From assembly GCA_002454045.1 (NCBI GenBank), contig DKID01000004.1, forward strand, positions 6,259 through 70,258: a DNA stretch of 64,000 nt, given 5' to 3'. Positions 19,584 through 31,301 of the stretch are shown here, one piece after another. How positions within the stretch are numbered: position 1 is the stretch's first letter; the number at the start of each line of letters is the position of its first letter. A program made the translations under genes and the position numbers. The notes beneath the pieces were generated by a model. The model was not told the origin of the DNA. It did not search any database and saw nothing but the letters and a program-made list of their open reading frames with translations. This DNA comes from Nitrospina sp. UBA6727 (GTDB lineage: Bacteria; Nitrospinota; Nitrospinia; Nitrospinales; VA-1).

Positions 19584-20063
19584 CTAAGGTTTTATATAGA
19601 GATACCCTTGTTCCTGCAAATCAGCAATGCGCTTCACCGCCACAGGATGTTTTGTCGGGATAAAACCCGGCTCCAGAGTATCCAGAGGTTTACCAAATAA
19701 CTTCATCGAAACCTGGCACATTTCCGGTTGCACCCCCTTGTCAATGATCATGGCGAGCTTCTTTTTCAAAACAGGGTCAATGGTTTCTCTATCAAAAAGT
19801 TTCAGAGCCGGACCGTGGACGACCACCTTGATATCAATCTTATCCGGTCCTCCTTCCGCCTCCATATGCTTATTGATCAAGGCCATGGCATATTTGGCAA
19901 CGCCAACATCTGAACCGTCAATGTGATACAAAACCTTGAGCCTACCCTTATCATCACGGTTGCTCGCGGCTTCTGCAACGGAAGACAGAAAAAACAAACA
20001 TATAATTGCTACGATAAGTTGGGAACCCCAACCCATTCGACTATTTTTCATGGAATCCCCCAT
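19584..20063 (-). CDS. DsrE/DsrF-like family (COG1416-type) protein with an N-terminal signal peptide
   Basis: A hydrophobic leader (..LIVAIICLFFLSSVAEA) is followed by KVLYHIDGSD..KVVVHGPALKLF..LQEQGYLYIKP, the pattern I associate with COG1416. ATG 20051 is an alternative start. Confidence 0.55.
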   Translation of the reverse strand: MGDSMKNSRMGWGSQLIVAIICLFFLSSVAEAASNRDDKGRLKVLYHIDGSDVGVAKYAMALINKHMEAEGGPDKIDIKVVVHGPALKLFDRETIDPVLKKKLAMIIDKGVQPEMCQVSMKLFGKPLDTLEPGFIPTKHPVAVKRIADLQEQGYLYIKP

Positions 20064-20177
20064 TGAAAATTATCTAAATAATTTCTCGGTGTCTTATCAC
20101 TTTTTATGAAAACCTGCAAGGGATATAAAAATGGGGAAAATAGGAGATTTGTATGAGGAAGGTCTAACTGGACGGTA

Positions 20178-21997
<1,820 letters not shown>

Positions 21998-22034
21998 TCA
22001 TTCCCCTCCACGGATTTCAGTATGCTTCGCGCCG

Positions 22035-22901
22035 TCAACCTTGCAAGGCTTCGGCACCGTTTACGATTTCTATCAATTCCTTTGTGATGTAAGCCTGCCT
22101 GGCTTTGTTGTAAGTCAGCGTCAAGCCGTCGATCATTTCCCCCGCGTTGCGAGTGGCGCTATCCATCGCCGTCATCCGCGCGCCGTGTTCGCTGGCGCTG
22201 GATTCCAGAAACGCGCGATACACCTCGACCGTCATGTAACGCTTCAACAGTTTATCCAAAATCGTCTCTTCATCCGGCTCGTAAATATAATCCACGATGA
22301 ACGCGTCGTCGTCTTGCGCCATTTTTTCCGGGACGATCGGGAGCAATTGTTCGACAACAATTTCTTGTTGCATCACGGATTTAAATTCGTTGTAAATCAT
22401 AAAAACTTTGTCGACCTTTTTTTCCGAAAACAAAGCGGCGAGATTATCGCCGATCGCCTGCGCCTTCAAGTAATCGAAATCTTTCGTCCAGCCGATGATC
22501 TCCTGCGTGATGTTCACCGAACGGTTGCGGAAAATATCGTTGCCCTTTTTGCCGGCGATGATCAATGAGTTTTCAATCTTCGCGTTGTCGTGAAGGTAGT
22601 CGAGCGTTTTACGAATGATGCTACTGTTAAAACCGCCGCACAAACCTTTGTCCGCGGTGATGATGAGAAGCAAGTGTCGGCTCCCGTCCCGCGCATCCAG
22701 CAAAGGGTGCAAGTCATTGTTGCACCGCGCCGCCAAATGATTTAGCACGCCCATCATCTTGACCGCGTAAGGCCGCGCCCGCAAAATCGCCTGCTGGGCT
22801 TTGCGCAGTTTTGACGCGGAAACCAGCTTCATCGCCTTGGTCGTTTGCTGAGTATTTTTCACGCTCTGGATGCGTCTCTTAATATCTTTCAGATTGGGCA
22901 T
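22035..22901 (-). CDS. atpG: F1 ATP synthase gamma subunit
   Basis: MPNLKDIKRRIQSVKNTQQTTKAMKLVSASKLRKAQ and the C-terminal ITKELIEIVNGAEAL are present. Confidence 0.97.
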   Translation of the reverse strand: MPNLKDIKRRIQSVKNTQQTTKAMKLVSASKLRKAQQAILRARPYAVKMMGVLNHLAARCNNDLHPLLDARDGSRHLLLIITADKGLCGGFNSSIIRKTLDYLHDNAKIENSLIIAGKKGNDIFRNRSVNITQEIIGWTKDFDYLKAQAIGDNLAALFSEKKVDKVFMIYNEFKSVMQQEIVVEQLLPIVPEKMAQDDDAFIVDYIYEPDEETILDKLLKRYMTVEVYRAFLESSASEHGARMTAMDSATRNAGEMIDGLTLTYNKARQAYITKELIEIVNGAEALQG

Positions 22902-22904
22902 GGC

Positions 22905-24413
22905 TCAACTTTTGAAAAGACCTTTGAATTCTTCGATAGCAGTTTTTAACTGACCTTCGGTGTCATCATCGAATTTCCCCGCCGCCGAAATTTTTTCCAT
23001 CAACGCGTTGTGTTTTTCCTCCATATAATTAAGCAGGCCGCTCTCAAACTTTTTGATGTCGGCGACGGGAATGTCGTCCACCAGTCCGCGCACGCCGGAG
23101 AAGATGGAAATGATTTGTTGAACCACGCTCAACGGTTTGTACTGATCCTGCTTGAGCAATTCCACCAGCCGTTCGCCACGGCGGAGTTGCGCTTGGGTCG
23201 CGGCGTCTAAGTCGCTGCCGAACTGCGCGAAGGCCGCCATCTCGCGGTATTGCGCAAGGTCTAAGCGCAAACTTCCGGCGACATGTTTCATCCCTTTGAT
23301 CTGCGCCGCACCGCCGACGCGGGACACCGAAAGTCCAACGTTGATCGCGGGACGTATCCCGGAAAAAAACAAATCGGTCTCGAGAAAAATTTGTCCGTCC
23401 GTAATCGAAATCACGTTGGTCGGAATATATGCGGAGACGTCGCCCGCCTGAGTTTCTATAATCGGCAACGCCGTCATGGAACCCGCGCCGAGTTCGTCGC
23501 TGACTTTCGCCGACCGTTCTAACAATCGCGAATGCAAAAAGAACACGTCGCCGGGATATGCTTCCCGCCCGGGAGGCCGCCGCAACAGGAGCGATAGTTG
23601 CCGATAGGCCGCCGCTTGTTTGGTGAGGTCGTCATAAACGATTAGGCAATGTTGCCCGTTGTCGCGGAAATATTCGCCCATGGCGCAACCGGAATAAGGC
23701 ACGATGAACTGCATCGGCGCTGGGTCGCTCGCCGAAGCCGAAATCACGATGGTGTATTTCATCGCGTCGTGTTGCTCCAACGTTTTCACCACTCGGGCGA
23801 CGGTGGATCGTTTTTGTCCGACCGCGACATAAATGCAAAACATGTTCTGTCCTTTTTGGTTGATAATCGTGTCGATGGCGATGGCGGTCTTCCCCGTTTG
23901 TCGGTCGCCGATGATCAACTCCCGCTGTCCGCGGCCGATGGGAATCATCCCGTCAATCGACTTGATCCCCGTCTGCATAGGTTCGTGCACTGACTTTCGG
24001 TCGATGACGCCGGGCGCGATCCTTTCGATGGGACCGGACTTTTTTGTTTTGATCGGTCCCTTGCCGTCGATGGGACGGCCTAAACCATCGACGACGCGGC
24101 CGACCATTTCGGGTCCGACGGGGACTTCCATGATGCGTCCCGTTCGCTTGACTTCGTCGCCTTCTTTCACATCATCGTCGCGACCGAGAAGCACCGCGCC
24201 GACGTTGTCTTCTTCAAGATTCAAAACCATGCCGGCGAGGCCGCCGCGGAATTCCAGCAGTTCGCCCGACATGGCTTTTCCGAGACCATGTATCCGCGCA
24301 ATTCCATCGCCGGCGGAAATCACCCGGCCGGTTTCTTTGAGTTCAATCTCCCCTTCAAAACCTTCGATCTGTTTTTGGATTAAGGAACTGATTTCATCAG
24401 CTCGTAAATTCAC
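22905..24413 (-). CDS. atpA: F1 ATP synthase alpha subunit (GTG start)
   Basis: GDRQTGKT and ..[20 protein letters not shown]-type motifs are present. The GTG start follows the atpH TAA stop directly, with GAGGAGG upstream. Confidence 0.98.
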   Translation of the reverse strand: MNLRADEISSLIQKQIEGFEGEIELKETGRVISAGDGIARIHGLGKAMSGELLEFRGGLAGMVLNLEEDNVGAVLLGRDDDVKEGDEVKRTGRIMEVPVGPEMVGRVVDGLGRPIDGKGPIKTKKSGPIERIAPGVIDRKSVHEPMQTGIKSIDGMIPIGRGQRELIIGDRQTGKTAIAIDTIINQKGQNMFCIYVAVGQKRSTVARVVKTLEQHDAMKYTIVISASASDPAPMQFIVPYSGCAMGEYFRDNGQHCLIVYDDLTKQAAAYRQLSLLLRRPPGREAYPGDVFFLHSRLLERSAKVSDELGAGSMTALPIIETQAGDVSAYIPTNVISITDGQIFLETDLFFSGIRPAINVGLSVSRVGGAAQIKGMKHVAGSLRLDLAQYREMAAFAQFGSDLDAATQAQLRRGERLVELLKQDQYKPLSVVQQIISIFSGVRGLVDDIPVADIKKFESGLLNYMEEKHNALMEKISAAGKFDDDTEGQLKTAIEEFKGLFKS

Positions 24414-24965
24414 TTAGGCTACCTCCTCTTCTTCTATCGTTCGTTTCAAGATACCCAAACGGTTGCGAATGGTGTCGTCCGCCACTTGGTCGCCGATGCG
24501 CAAGATGATGCCGCCGATCAACGACTCGTCCACCTCGGTGTGGATCAAAATAGTTTTCCCGGAAATTTTATTCAGCGCGGTTTTCAAACGGGCGATGTTC
24601 TCGCTGGTGAGTGGATGGGAAGAGATGACGTGAACCCGCGTTCGGTTTAGTCGGCGGTCCACGACTTTTTCGAAGTGCTCGACGATTTTTTCTAAATACA
24701 AAATCCTGCCGCGCTCGTTGAGCAAAATTATCATATTGGAAACTTCGTCTTCCACCGCAAGCCGACTGCATAGTTCCCGAACAAGGTTCTTTTTCTTCGC
24801 CGTCGTTATGGAAGGATGCGCAAAAAAGCGTGCTAACTGTTTTTCGTTTTTGATGGCTCCCGCAAAGGCTCGCAAGTTTTCCAAAGCCTTTTCCAACGCG
24901 CCCGTATCTAAAATGTTCGCCGACAGGGCTTCGGCATATCTTTTTCCAATTTGATTTTCCAGCAT
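24414..24965 (-). CDS. atpH: F1 ATP synthase delta (OSCP) subunit
   Basis: The position in the operon fits, and the 183-aa OSCP-like sequence begins IGKRYAEAL. Confidence 0.9.
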   Translation of the reverse strand: MLENQIGKRYAEALSANILDTGALEKALENLRAFAGAIKNEKQLARFFAHPSITTAKKKNLVRELCSRLAVEDEVSNMIILLNERGRILYLEKIVEHFEKVVDRRLNRTRVHVISSHPLTSENIARLKTALNKISGKTILIHTEVDESLIGGIILRIGDQVADDTIRNRLGILKRTIEEEEVA

Positions 24966-24988
24966 CGTTCAGCCTTAACTTTATGGCG

Positions 24989-25513
24989 TCAATTTCTCTG
25001 TTTTTCCAGTTCCTCGATCACTTGCTCAATGGACTCCGCGACCAGCCTTTTTTTATCCGCGTCATCCAAAACTTTTTTCAGGAACTTCTCCGTGGAGGCG
25101 ACCGTCAAGGTCGCGGCGTAACTGCGGATTTCCTGTAGCAACTTGTTGCGCGAACTTTGGATTTCCTGTTCCGCATCTTTTTGAATCTGCCGAACTTTTG
25201 CTTCGGTTTCGCGGAGGTTTTTCGCCTGCAGTTTTTTGGCTTCCTCGTTAGCCAACTGTACAATCATCTCGGCTTTGCCGTGCGCGGCTTGTAGCGTTTC
25301 CTCCAGTTCTTTTTTAATTTCTTGCGCTTCTTTTTTTATTCTTTCGGCGTCTTCGATATCGCCGCGAATTTTTTTTTCGCGTTCTTCTAAAGCATTTAAG
25401 ATTGGAGGGAAGGCAAATTTCTTAAGGAGGTAAAACAAAATCCCGAAAGAGATCAGCGACCAGAAAATTAGCGAACTAAAAAAATGGACGTCTTCAAATT
25501 GCGGCATATCCAA
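24989..25513 (-). CDS. atpF: Fo ATP synthase b subunit
   Basis: It has a single N-terminal TM segment followed by a long charged coiled coil (..PPILNALEEREKKIRGDIEDAERIKKEAQ..). Confidence 0.9.
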   Translation of the reverse strand: MDMPQFEDVHFFSSLIFWSLISFGILFYLLKKFAFPPILNALEEREKKIRGDIEDAERIKKEAQEIKKELEETLQAAHGKAEMIVQLANEEAKKLQAKNLRETEAKVRQIQKDAEQEIQSSRNKLLQEIRSYAATLTVASTEKFLKKVLDDADKKRLVAESIEQVIEELEKQRN

Positions 25514-25586
25514 TCCTTAAAAAAGTTTGTTCAACTTCGCCCGACATAAATTTTATGCGGGGAAGCGGCGCCCGTCATCGCTCGCT

Positions 25587-25808
25587 TTACGGCATGATGA
25601 TGAAGGCGATGACCAGCGCGTACAGTGCGATTGCTTCGACTAGCGCAAAACCAATCCAGCAATATTTTGCGACTCGTACTTCGCAATTAGGCTGACGTCC
25701 AACTGTCTCGATGGTCTTCGCAAAAATATAGGCGATGCCCAGCGCGGCTCCAAAAAATCCGGCGGCGCACAAACCCATTCCAATTAACGCGGCAGCTTCT
25801 GGACTCAT
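25587..25808 (-). CDS. atpE: Fo ATP synthase c subunit
   Basis: The 73-aa hairpin has a GRQP loop and a carboxylate in ALVEAIALY. Confidence 0.93.
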   Translation of the reverse strand: MSPEAAALIGMGLCAAGFFGAALGIAYIFAKTIETVGRQPNCEVRVAKYCWIGFALVEAIALYALVIAFIIMP

Positions 25809-25842
25809 TTTTTTCCTCCTACGTGGTTTGTGTTAAAAAAAA

Positions 25843-26574
25843 TTAATGCAACTTGATGACGTCGCCGATGTAAACACAGGTCAGCGTCGTGAAGATATAA
25901 GCCTGAATCAACGCGATGGCGATTTCCAATCCGTTAATTGCAATCGTAAATCCAAAAGGCAACCAGCCGAGCCACAACGGCCCGGTCATGGCGAGCCCGA
26001 ACAGCACGGCGAGCACGGTGTGTCCCGCCGTCATATTGGCGAACAAACGAACCGCGAGCGAGATGGGACGCGCCAGCATGCTGATAATTTCAATGGGAAC
26101 TATCAAGGGGATTATGATCTTGGGAACTCCCGGCGGTACCAAAATTCCAAAAAAGTTTATGCCGTGCCGACGGAATCCAATCACCAAGGTTAGAATAAAA
26201 ATGCCGACGGCGAACGCGCCGGTCACCGCTAGTTGACTGGTGATGGTGTAAGAGCCCGGCACCAGTCCAATCAAATTGCAAGCCAGAATAAATAGGAATA
26301 GCGTGGCGATGAACGGGATATATTTTTTGCCTTCCTCTTCGCCGATAAACTCGAAGACCATGTTGCGTATAAATTCCAGGGCGACTTCCAAAACGCTCTG
26401 CAGTTTTCCCGGCACGGGAGAAACACCGCGGCTTACCGCCAACGTGAATGTTCCGACAACGATGGCCAATCCTGCCCACATCGCCACGACGGCGTTGTTG
26501 ATGGAAAGGTCTAGTCCTCCTATGTGAATCGGGATGATGGTATGAATTTTGAAATGATCCAGCGGGCTTTCCAT
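25843..26574 (-). CDS. atpB: Fo ATP synthase a subunit
   Basis: SLAVRLFANMTAGH (the essential Arg motif) is present, and the protein is polytopic. Confidence 0.95.
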   Translation of the reverse strand: MESPLDHFKIHTIIPIHIGGLDLSINNAVVAMWAGLAIVVGTFTLAVSRGVSPVPGKLQSVLEVALEFIRNMVFEFIGEEEGKKYIPFIATLFLFILACNLIGLVPGSYTITSQLAVTGAFAVGIFILTLVIGFRRHGINFFGILVPPGVPKIIIPLIVPIEIISMLARPISLAVRLFANMTAGHTVLAVLFGLAMTGPLWLGWLPFGFTIAINGLEIAIALIQAYIFTTLTCVYIGDVIKLH

Positions 26575-26593
26575 GGTTTACGTTTGGCTTAAG

Positions 26594-26827
26594 TCAGGAA
26601 TTATTATCGTCGTCGTCTTCCACGTCCAACCGCATCGCCGCGCGATAAACGTTCAGACACCCTGCGGCTCCGCCCAAAATAATCCCGACCGCCAAGCCCC
26701 AGGGTCGGGTGTCGAAAAATTGATCCGTGCCGTAACCTAGCAAGGCACCGATCAACGTGGCCACCGTCAGTTCAGTTCCCAATCTGAACGCCACCTGCAT
26801 ACCTTGACGGAGACTGTTTTTCATCAA
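26594..26827 (-). CDS. Small membrane protein of the AtpI/AtpZ (ATPase_gene1) type at the head of the atp operon
   Basis: The protein is 77 aa with two hydrophobic helices (..LTVATLIGALLGYGTDQFFDTRPWGLAVGIILGGAAG..), and its position fits. Confidence 0.65.
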   Translation of the reverse strand: MMKNSLRQGMQVAFRLGTELTVATLIGALLGYGTDQFFDTRPWGLAVGIILGGAAGCLNVYRAAMRLDVEDDDDNNS

Positions 26828-26918
26828 CTTAATGTTTGGGTGGAATCAACCAGCGGGAAATCGGGCTCATCATACCTCAACGTTTTTTGAATTTAATAAA
26901 TTTTAAGGGGCTGTATTC

Positions 26919-27245
26919 CTAGCAAGGGAGGGTGCCGTGTTCAAGTTCGTAAGCCTCAAGTGGAATCATATCGATGGCGTCCCAAGGGCAGCCTTCCAGG
27001 AGAGTATCCATCGGACCTTTGCTGATACATTTTTTACAACCGATGCACAGCAAAGGATCTACATAGACGAGGTTAAAAGCTGGGGCCGCCTCGTTCTCTA
27101 CTTCAAACATACAGTTGTCGACTGGACACTCGGTGATGCAGATGGGCGACCCAGCGCAACCGGTACAGGCTTCGTTGATAACAGCCAATATCTTGGGCTT
27201 GCGTTTTCTTTGTACGCTACGTTTCACTTTCTCTTTGGTCGCCAT
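26919..27245 (-). CDS. 4Fe-4S dicluster ferredoxin-like protein (108 aa)
   Basis: CTGCAGSPICITECP and CIGCKKC..GCPWDAI cysteine motifs are present. Confidence 0.8.
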   Translation of the reverse strand: MATKEKVKRSVQRKRKPKILAVINEACTGCAGSPICITECPVDNCMFEVENEAAPAFNLVYVDPLLCIGCKKCISKGPMDTLLEGCPWDAIDMIPLEAYELEHGTLPC

Positions 27246-27369
27246 AAATCAATCTTGCTGAAATCAAGTTAACGAGGTGCTACCGCGATTAACAAACCGT
27301 GGAATTATAACCACAAACAACTCGTCATTTCAATAGCGGATTGCCGCGGACGACCACGGCTCTTTTTAA

Positions 27370-27398
27370 TTTACACCCGCGAACCTCTGTATTAAGAT
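27370..27398 (+). promoter_or_regulatory. Candidate sigma70-type promoter for the holB operon
   Basis: TTTACA (27370-27375) - 17 nt - TAAGAT (27393-27398), about 90 nt upstream of ATG 27491. This is a pattern match only. Confidence 0.3.
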
Positions 27399-27490
27399 AG
27401 CCCAAGCGAGTTCGGGATGAACCTGGCTCCATGAACGAGTCGCAGCGATGGCGCGGTGACGACGGCGGCGGTGAGGTTGATATTTTTGCC

Positions 27491-28510
27491 ATGTCATTCA
27501 AATCAGTTTTAGGACAGTCGCAGCCGAAAAAAATACTGATGAACGCTCTCCGAAACGGCAGTGTCGCGCACGCCTATCTGTTCTACGGACAAGAAAGTAT
27601 CGGAAAAAAAAAGTTGGCCATCGCTTTAGCAAAATCTCTTAACTGCAAACAACCTGACCCGCTGGATGCCTGCGGCGAGTGCGAGTCCTGCTTGAAAATT
27701 GAGCGGCGTGTTCATCCCGACTTCTTTTTTATCGAGCCTGCAAAAAGTACTCCCACGTCCCGGGAAGCAGTCATCAAAATTGAAACGATTCGCGAACTAC
27801 AAAAAAAATTAGCCTACCTACCTTACGAAGGAAAAACAAAAGTCGTGGTAATCGATTCCGCCGACCTCTTAAATCACCAAGCGTCAAACTCCTTTCTAAA
27901 AACGTTGGAGGAACCGCCAAGTTCAACCGTGCTGATACTCATCTCGTCCAATCCTCACAAACTATTGCCGACCCTTCTTTCCCGGTGTCAAGGAATACAG
28001 TTTCATCGCCTGCATTCTTCAGACGTCAGAAAAATAATTCAATCGAAGATTGCGGCGGCGGGCGAATCGTTGACAGAATCGGAACTTGATTTTCATGCGC
28101 AACGGTCGCAAGGAAGCGTGAACCGGGCGTTGGCGGAGAACTTCGCGGAGACGGAAGTTTTACGAGAGCAACTGCTGGAAGTTTTGGAAAAAGTTTCTTT
28201 CGACCGTATGGACATCGTGTTCGCCTTTGCAAAAACATGGGCAAAGCAAACAGAACAACTGCAATCCGTGTTGAACGAATTATCGGGTTTGATTCGCGAC
28301 TTAGCCTTCCACCGCGCCGGTTGCGTTCCATCGAATATTCAAAGCGACGACCTATCGGTTAGAATGATGGAGGTGGCGCAAACCCGCAGTCTACAAGCCT
28401 GGCTGGGTCGATTCATCGCCGTCCGCAACACCCATGCCGCTTTGTCTGGCAACGCCAACGCGCAACTATTTCTGGAAAACATGCTCATCGAATTTTGTGA
28501 AGCCGCGTAG
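27491..28510 (+). CDS. holB: DNA polymerase III delta-prime subunit
   Basis: ..VAHAYLFYGQESIGKKKLAIALAKSLNC..CGECESC..HPDFFFIEP.. is present. The track ORF starts at 27431. ATG 27491 (MSFKSVLGQ..) fits HolB N-termini better. Confidence 0.85.
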   Translation: MSFKSVLGQSQPKKILMNALRNGSVAHAYLFYGQESIGKKKLAIALAKSLNCKQPDPLDACGECESCLKIERRVHPDFFFIEPAKSTPTSREAVIKIETIRELQKKLAYLPYEGKTKVVVIDSADLLNHQASNSFLKTLEEPPSSTVLILISSNPHKLLPTLLSRCQGIQFHRLHSSDVRKIIQSKIAAAGESLTESELDFHAQRSQGSVNRALAENFAETEVLREQLLEVLEKVSFDRMDIVFAFAKTWAKQTEQLQSVLNELSGLIRDLAFHRAGCVPSNIQSDDLSVRMMEVAQTRSLQAWLGRFIAVRNTHAALSGNANAQLFLENMLIEFCEAA

Positions 28511-28515
28511 AATCT

Positions 28516-29376
28516 ATGAACACTGCCGCCAAAGAAACTCCCCCTGCCGCCCAGCGACCGCCGAGGTTTCTCATCGGAGTGCGGGTCATCGCCCAGACTA
28601 AATCGGAACTTTATAATCCGGGAGACTTGCGGCTAAAAGTGGGGGCGACGGTGATGGTCAACACCCGGCAAGGTTTGAAGATGGGCGTGGTGGCTTCGAA
28701 CAAGATTCCCAATTTTCGCCAAGACGAAACCTTCAACCAAATATTACGCACCGCTAACGACAACGATTGCCAAGCAGAAAACCGACGGCATCGCGTCGAG
28801 GAAAAAGCCAAGACTTTATGCCGCGAAAAAATTGCGGAGTTGAAACTGCCGATGAACCTGAGCCGAGTAGTACATCAGCCGCACATGAACAAGACGATTT
28901 TTTTCTTCACCGCCGAAGGTCGGGTGGACTTCCGTCAACTGATCCGCGACCTTGCGTCAAACCTTCACCACCGCATTGAGATGAGGCAAGTCGGAGTGCG
29001 CGACGAAGCCAAAGTCATCGGAGGTTATGGAGTGTGCGGGGAAACGCTTTGCTGTTCCACCTGGCTACCAAACTTTACGCCGGTGACCGTGAAGATGGCC
29101 AAGAACCAGGGGATAGCACTCAACCCCAGCAAAATTTCCGGCGTCTGCGGACGGCTCATGTGCTGCTTACAATATGAACACGACAACTACAAAGCCCTCG
29201 TTAAAAACTTGCCTAGAGTCGACAGCCAAGTGCAAACTCTGGAAGGACCCGGTCGGGTCATCAGGAATGAAATTCTTGAACAACGTGTCGTCGTTCTGCT
29301 GGAAGATGGAAGTACAATAACCTGTCGCCTGGACGAACTACCGAAGCATCAGAATTCTCAAAAACTCGGAACCTGA
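28516..29376 (+). CDS. PSP1 C-terminal domain protein (YaaT/RicT-like)
   Basis: ..VCGRLMCCLQYEHDNY.. is present. The holB-yaaT-type adjacency resembles the one I recall from Bacillus. Confidence 0.85.
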   Translation: MNTAAKETPPAAQRPPRFLIGVRVIAQTKSELYNPGDLRLKVGATVMVNTRQGLKMGVVASNKIPNFRQDETFNQILRTANDNDCQAENRRHRVEEKAKTLCREKIAELKLPMNLSRVVHQPHMNKTIFFFTAEGRVDFRQLIRDLASNLHHRIEMRQVGVRDEAKVIGGYGVCGETLCCSTWLPNFTPVTVKMAKNQGIALNPSKISGVCGRLMCCLQYEHDNYKALVKNLPRVDSQVQTLEGPGRVIRNEILEQRVVVLLEDGSTITCRLDELPKHQNSQKLGT

Positions 29377-29387
29377 AAAACCGTTCT

Positions 29388-31301
29388 ATGCAACAAAAAA
29401 AGTTTTACATCACCACCCCCATTTATTACGTCAACGATGTCCCCCACATAGGCCACGCCTACACCACCATCGCGGCGGATGTGGCCGCGCGCTATCAACG
29501 CCTCGAAGGAGCCGACGTCTTTTTCCTGACCGGCACCGACGAGCACGGGCAAAAAGTCCAGCAGGCCGCCGACGAATTTGGCGTGAGCCCGCAGGAACAT
29601 GTCGACAAACTTCATCAGCGATTCAAAGAACTCTGGGTGCGGCTCAACATTTCCAACAACGATTTCATCCGCACCACCGAGGAGCGGCATAAAAAATTAG
29701 TGCGCGACATTCTTCGGCAACTTCACTCCAAAGATGAGATTTACCGCGACAGTTATGAAGGCTGGTATTGCACGCCCTGCGAACGGTTCTGGACCGAGAA
29801 AGACTTGGCGGAAGGAAACTGCCCGGAATGCCAACGCAAAGTGGACAAGATCAAAGAACATAATTATTTTTTTCGCATGAAAAAATATCAGCGCTGGCTA
29901 GTCGAGAAAATTAAAAACGATCCGCATTTCATCTTGCCCGCTTCGCGAAAAAATGAAGTGCTCGGTTTCCTGGAAAAACCGCTGGAAGATTTATGCATCT
30001 CGCGCCCCAAGTCCAGACTTGCGTGGGGCATCCCCCTTCCCTTTGACGAAGATTACGTCACCTATGTCTGGTTCGACGCCCTGATCAACTACATCTCCAT
30101 TCACGGTTCGCTGGACGATATTAAAACATCCAAATTCTGGCCCGCCGATCACAACATGGTAGGCAAAGATATTCTCACCACGCACGCGGTATATTGGTCC
30201 ACCATGCTCAAAGCCATTGGACTGGAACCACCCAAAAATATTTTCGCGCACGGATGGTGGACCGTGAACGGACAAAAGATGTCGAAATCATTACAAAATG
30301 TTGTGGAGCCCAACCAGTTGATCGACCAGTTCGGAGTTGACGTCATCCGTTATTTTCTTCTTCGAGAAGTTCCTTTCGGATTAGACGGCGACTTCTCGCA
30401 CAAAGCCCTCATCGGCAGACTGAACAGCGATTTGGCCAACAACCTCGGCAACTTGCTGAATCGAACCGTCAACATGATGAAAAAATATTGCGGCGGAATT
30501 ATTCCAGTTCCCGCAACGGTCGCCGCCGAAGATAATTCGTTAACCGAAAAATCCGCCGAAGTGATTGCCGAGGTACGCAAACTTTATAACGAACTGGCGT
30601 ACAATAAAATCCTGCAAAAAATTTGGGAACTGGTGGACGCCACCAATCAATACATCGACAAAACCGGCCCCTGGAATCTCGCAAAAACCGACGCGGGAAA
30701 TGAGCGGCTGAAAACCGTGATGTACAACTCCGCGGAATCGCTGCGCGTTTTGGGAATCTTGTTGAATCCGTTCATGCCGCAAAGCACCGAGTCATTGATG
30801 AAACAACTCGGCGTCGCAACCGCCATCGAAGAACAGGGGATGAACTCCATCGACAAATGGGGCGGATTAAAATCCGGAAGCCAGACGCAAAAAGCCAACC
30901 CGTTGTTTCCGCGAATCGAAGACAAGCAAGCGGAAAAAATTCTCGCCGAAATCTCTGCGCCGAAAAAAGACGCAGCGCATCAAATCACCATCGACGAGTT
31001 TATGAAGATGGAATTAAGAACCGGCAAAATTATGGCGGCGGAAAAAGTTAAAAAGTCAAAAAAACTTATTCAACTAAAAATCGACATCGGCACCGAAACC
31101 CGGCAAGTGCTGGCGGGCATCTCCGCAAGTTATGAACCGGCGGACTTGGTTGGGCGAACGGTCATCATCGTCGCCAATCTCAAACCCGCCAAGTTGATGG
31201 GCATCGAGTCGCAAGGCATGGTGCTTGCCGCAGGCGATGGCGACACGATCATGCTGGCTGGATTCGATCAGGAACCGGGACAAGGGATTCGAGTAAGATG
31301 A
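29388..31301 (+). CDS. metG: Methionyl-tRNA synthetase with a C-terminal tRNA-binding (Trbp111/EMAP-like) domain
   Basis: The HIGH motif (PHIGHAYT), Zn knuckles (CTPCERF..CPECQ), KMSKS and the C-terminal ..KLIQLKIDIGTETRQVLAGI.. are present. Confidence 0.97.
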   Translation: MQQKKFYITTPIYYVNDVPHIGHAYTTIAADVAARYQRLEGADVFFLTGTDEHGQKVQQAADEFGVSPQEHVDKLHQRFKELWVRLNISNNDFIRTTEERHKKLVRDILRQLHSKDEIYRDSYEGWYCTPCERFWTEKDLAEGNCPECQRKVDKIKEHNYFFRMKKYQRWLVEKIKNDPHFILPASRKNEVLGFLEKPLEDLCISRPKSRLAWGIPLPFDEDYVTYVWFDALINYISIHGSLDDIKTSKFWPADHNMVGKDILTTHAVYWSTMLKAIGLEPPKNIFAHGWWTVNGQKMSKSLQNVVEPNQLIDQFGVDVIRYFLLREVPFGLDGDFSHKALIGRLNSDLANNLGNLLNRTVNMMKKYCGGIIPVPATVAAEDNSLTEKSAEVIAEVRKLYNELAYNKILQKIWELVDATNQYIDKTGPWNLAKTDAGNERLKTVMYNSAESLRVLGILLNPFMPQSTESLMKQLGVATAIEEQGMNSIDKWGGLKSGSQTQKANPLFPRIEDKQAEKILAEISAPKKDAAHQITIDEFMKMELRTGKIMAAEKVKKSKKLIQLKIDIGTETRQVLAGISASYEPADLVGRTVIIVANLKPAKLMGIESQGMVLAAGDGDTIMLAGFDQEPGQGIRVR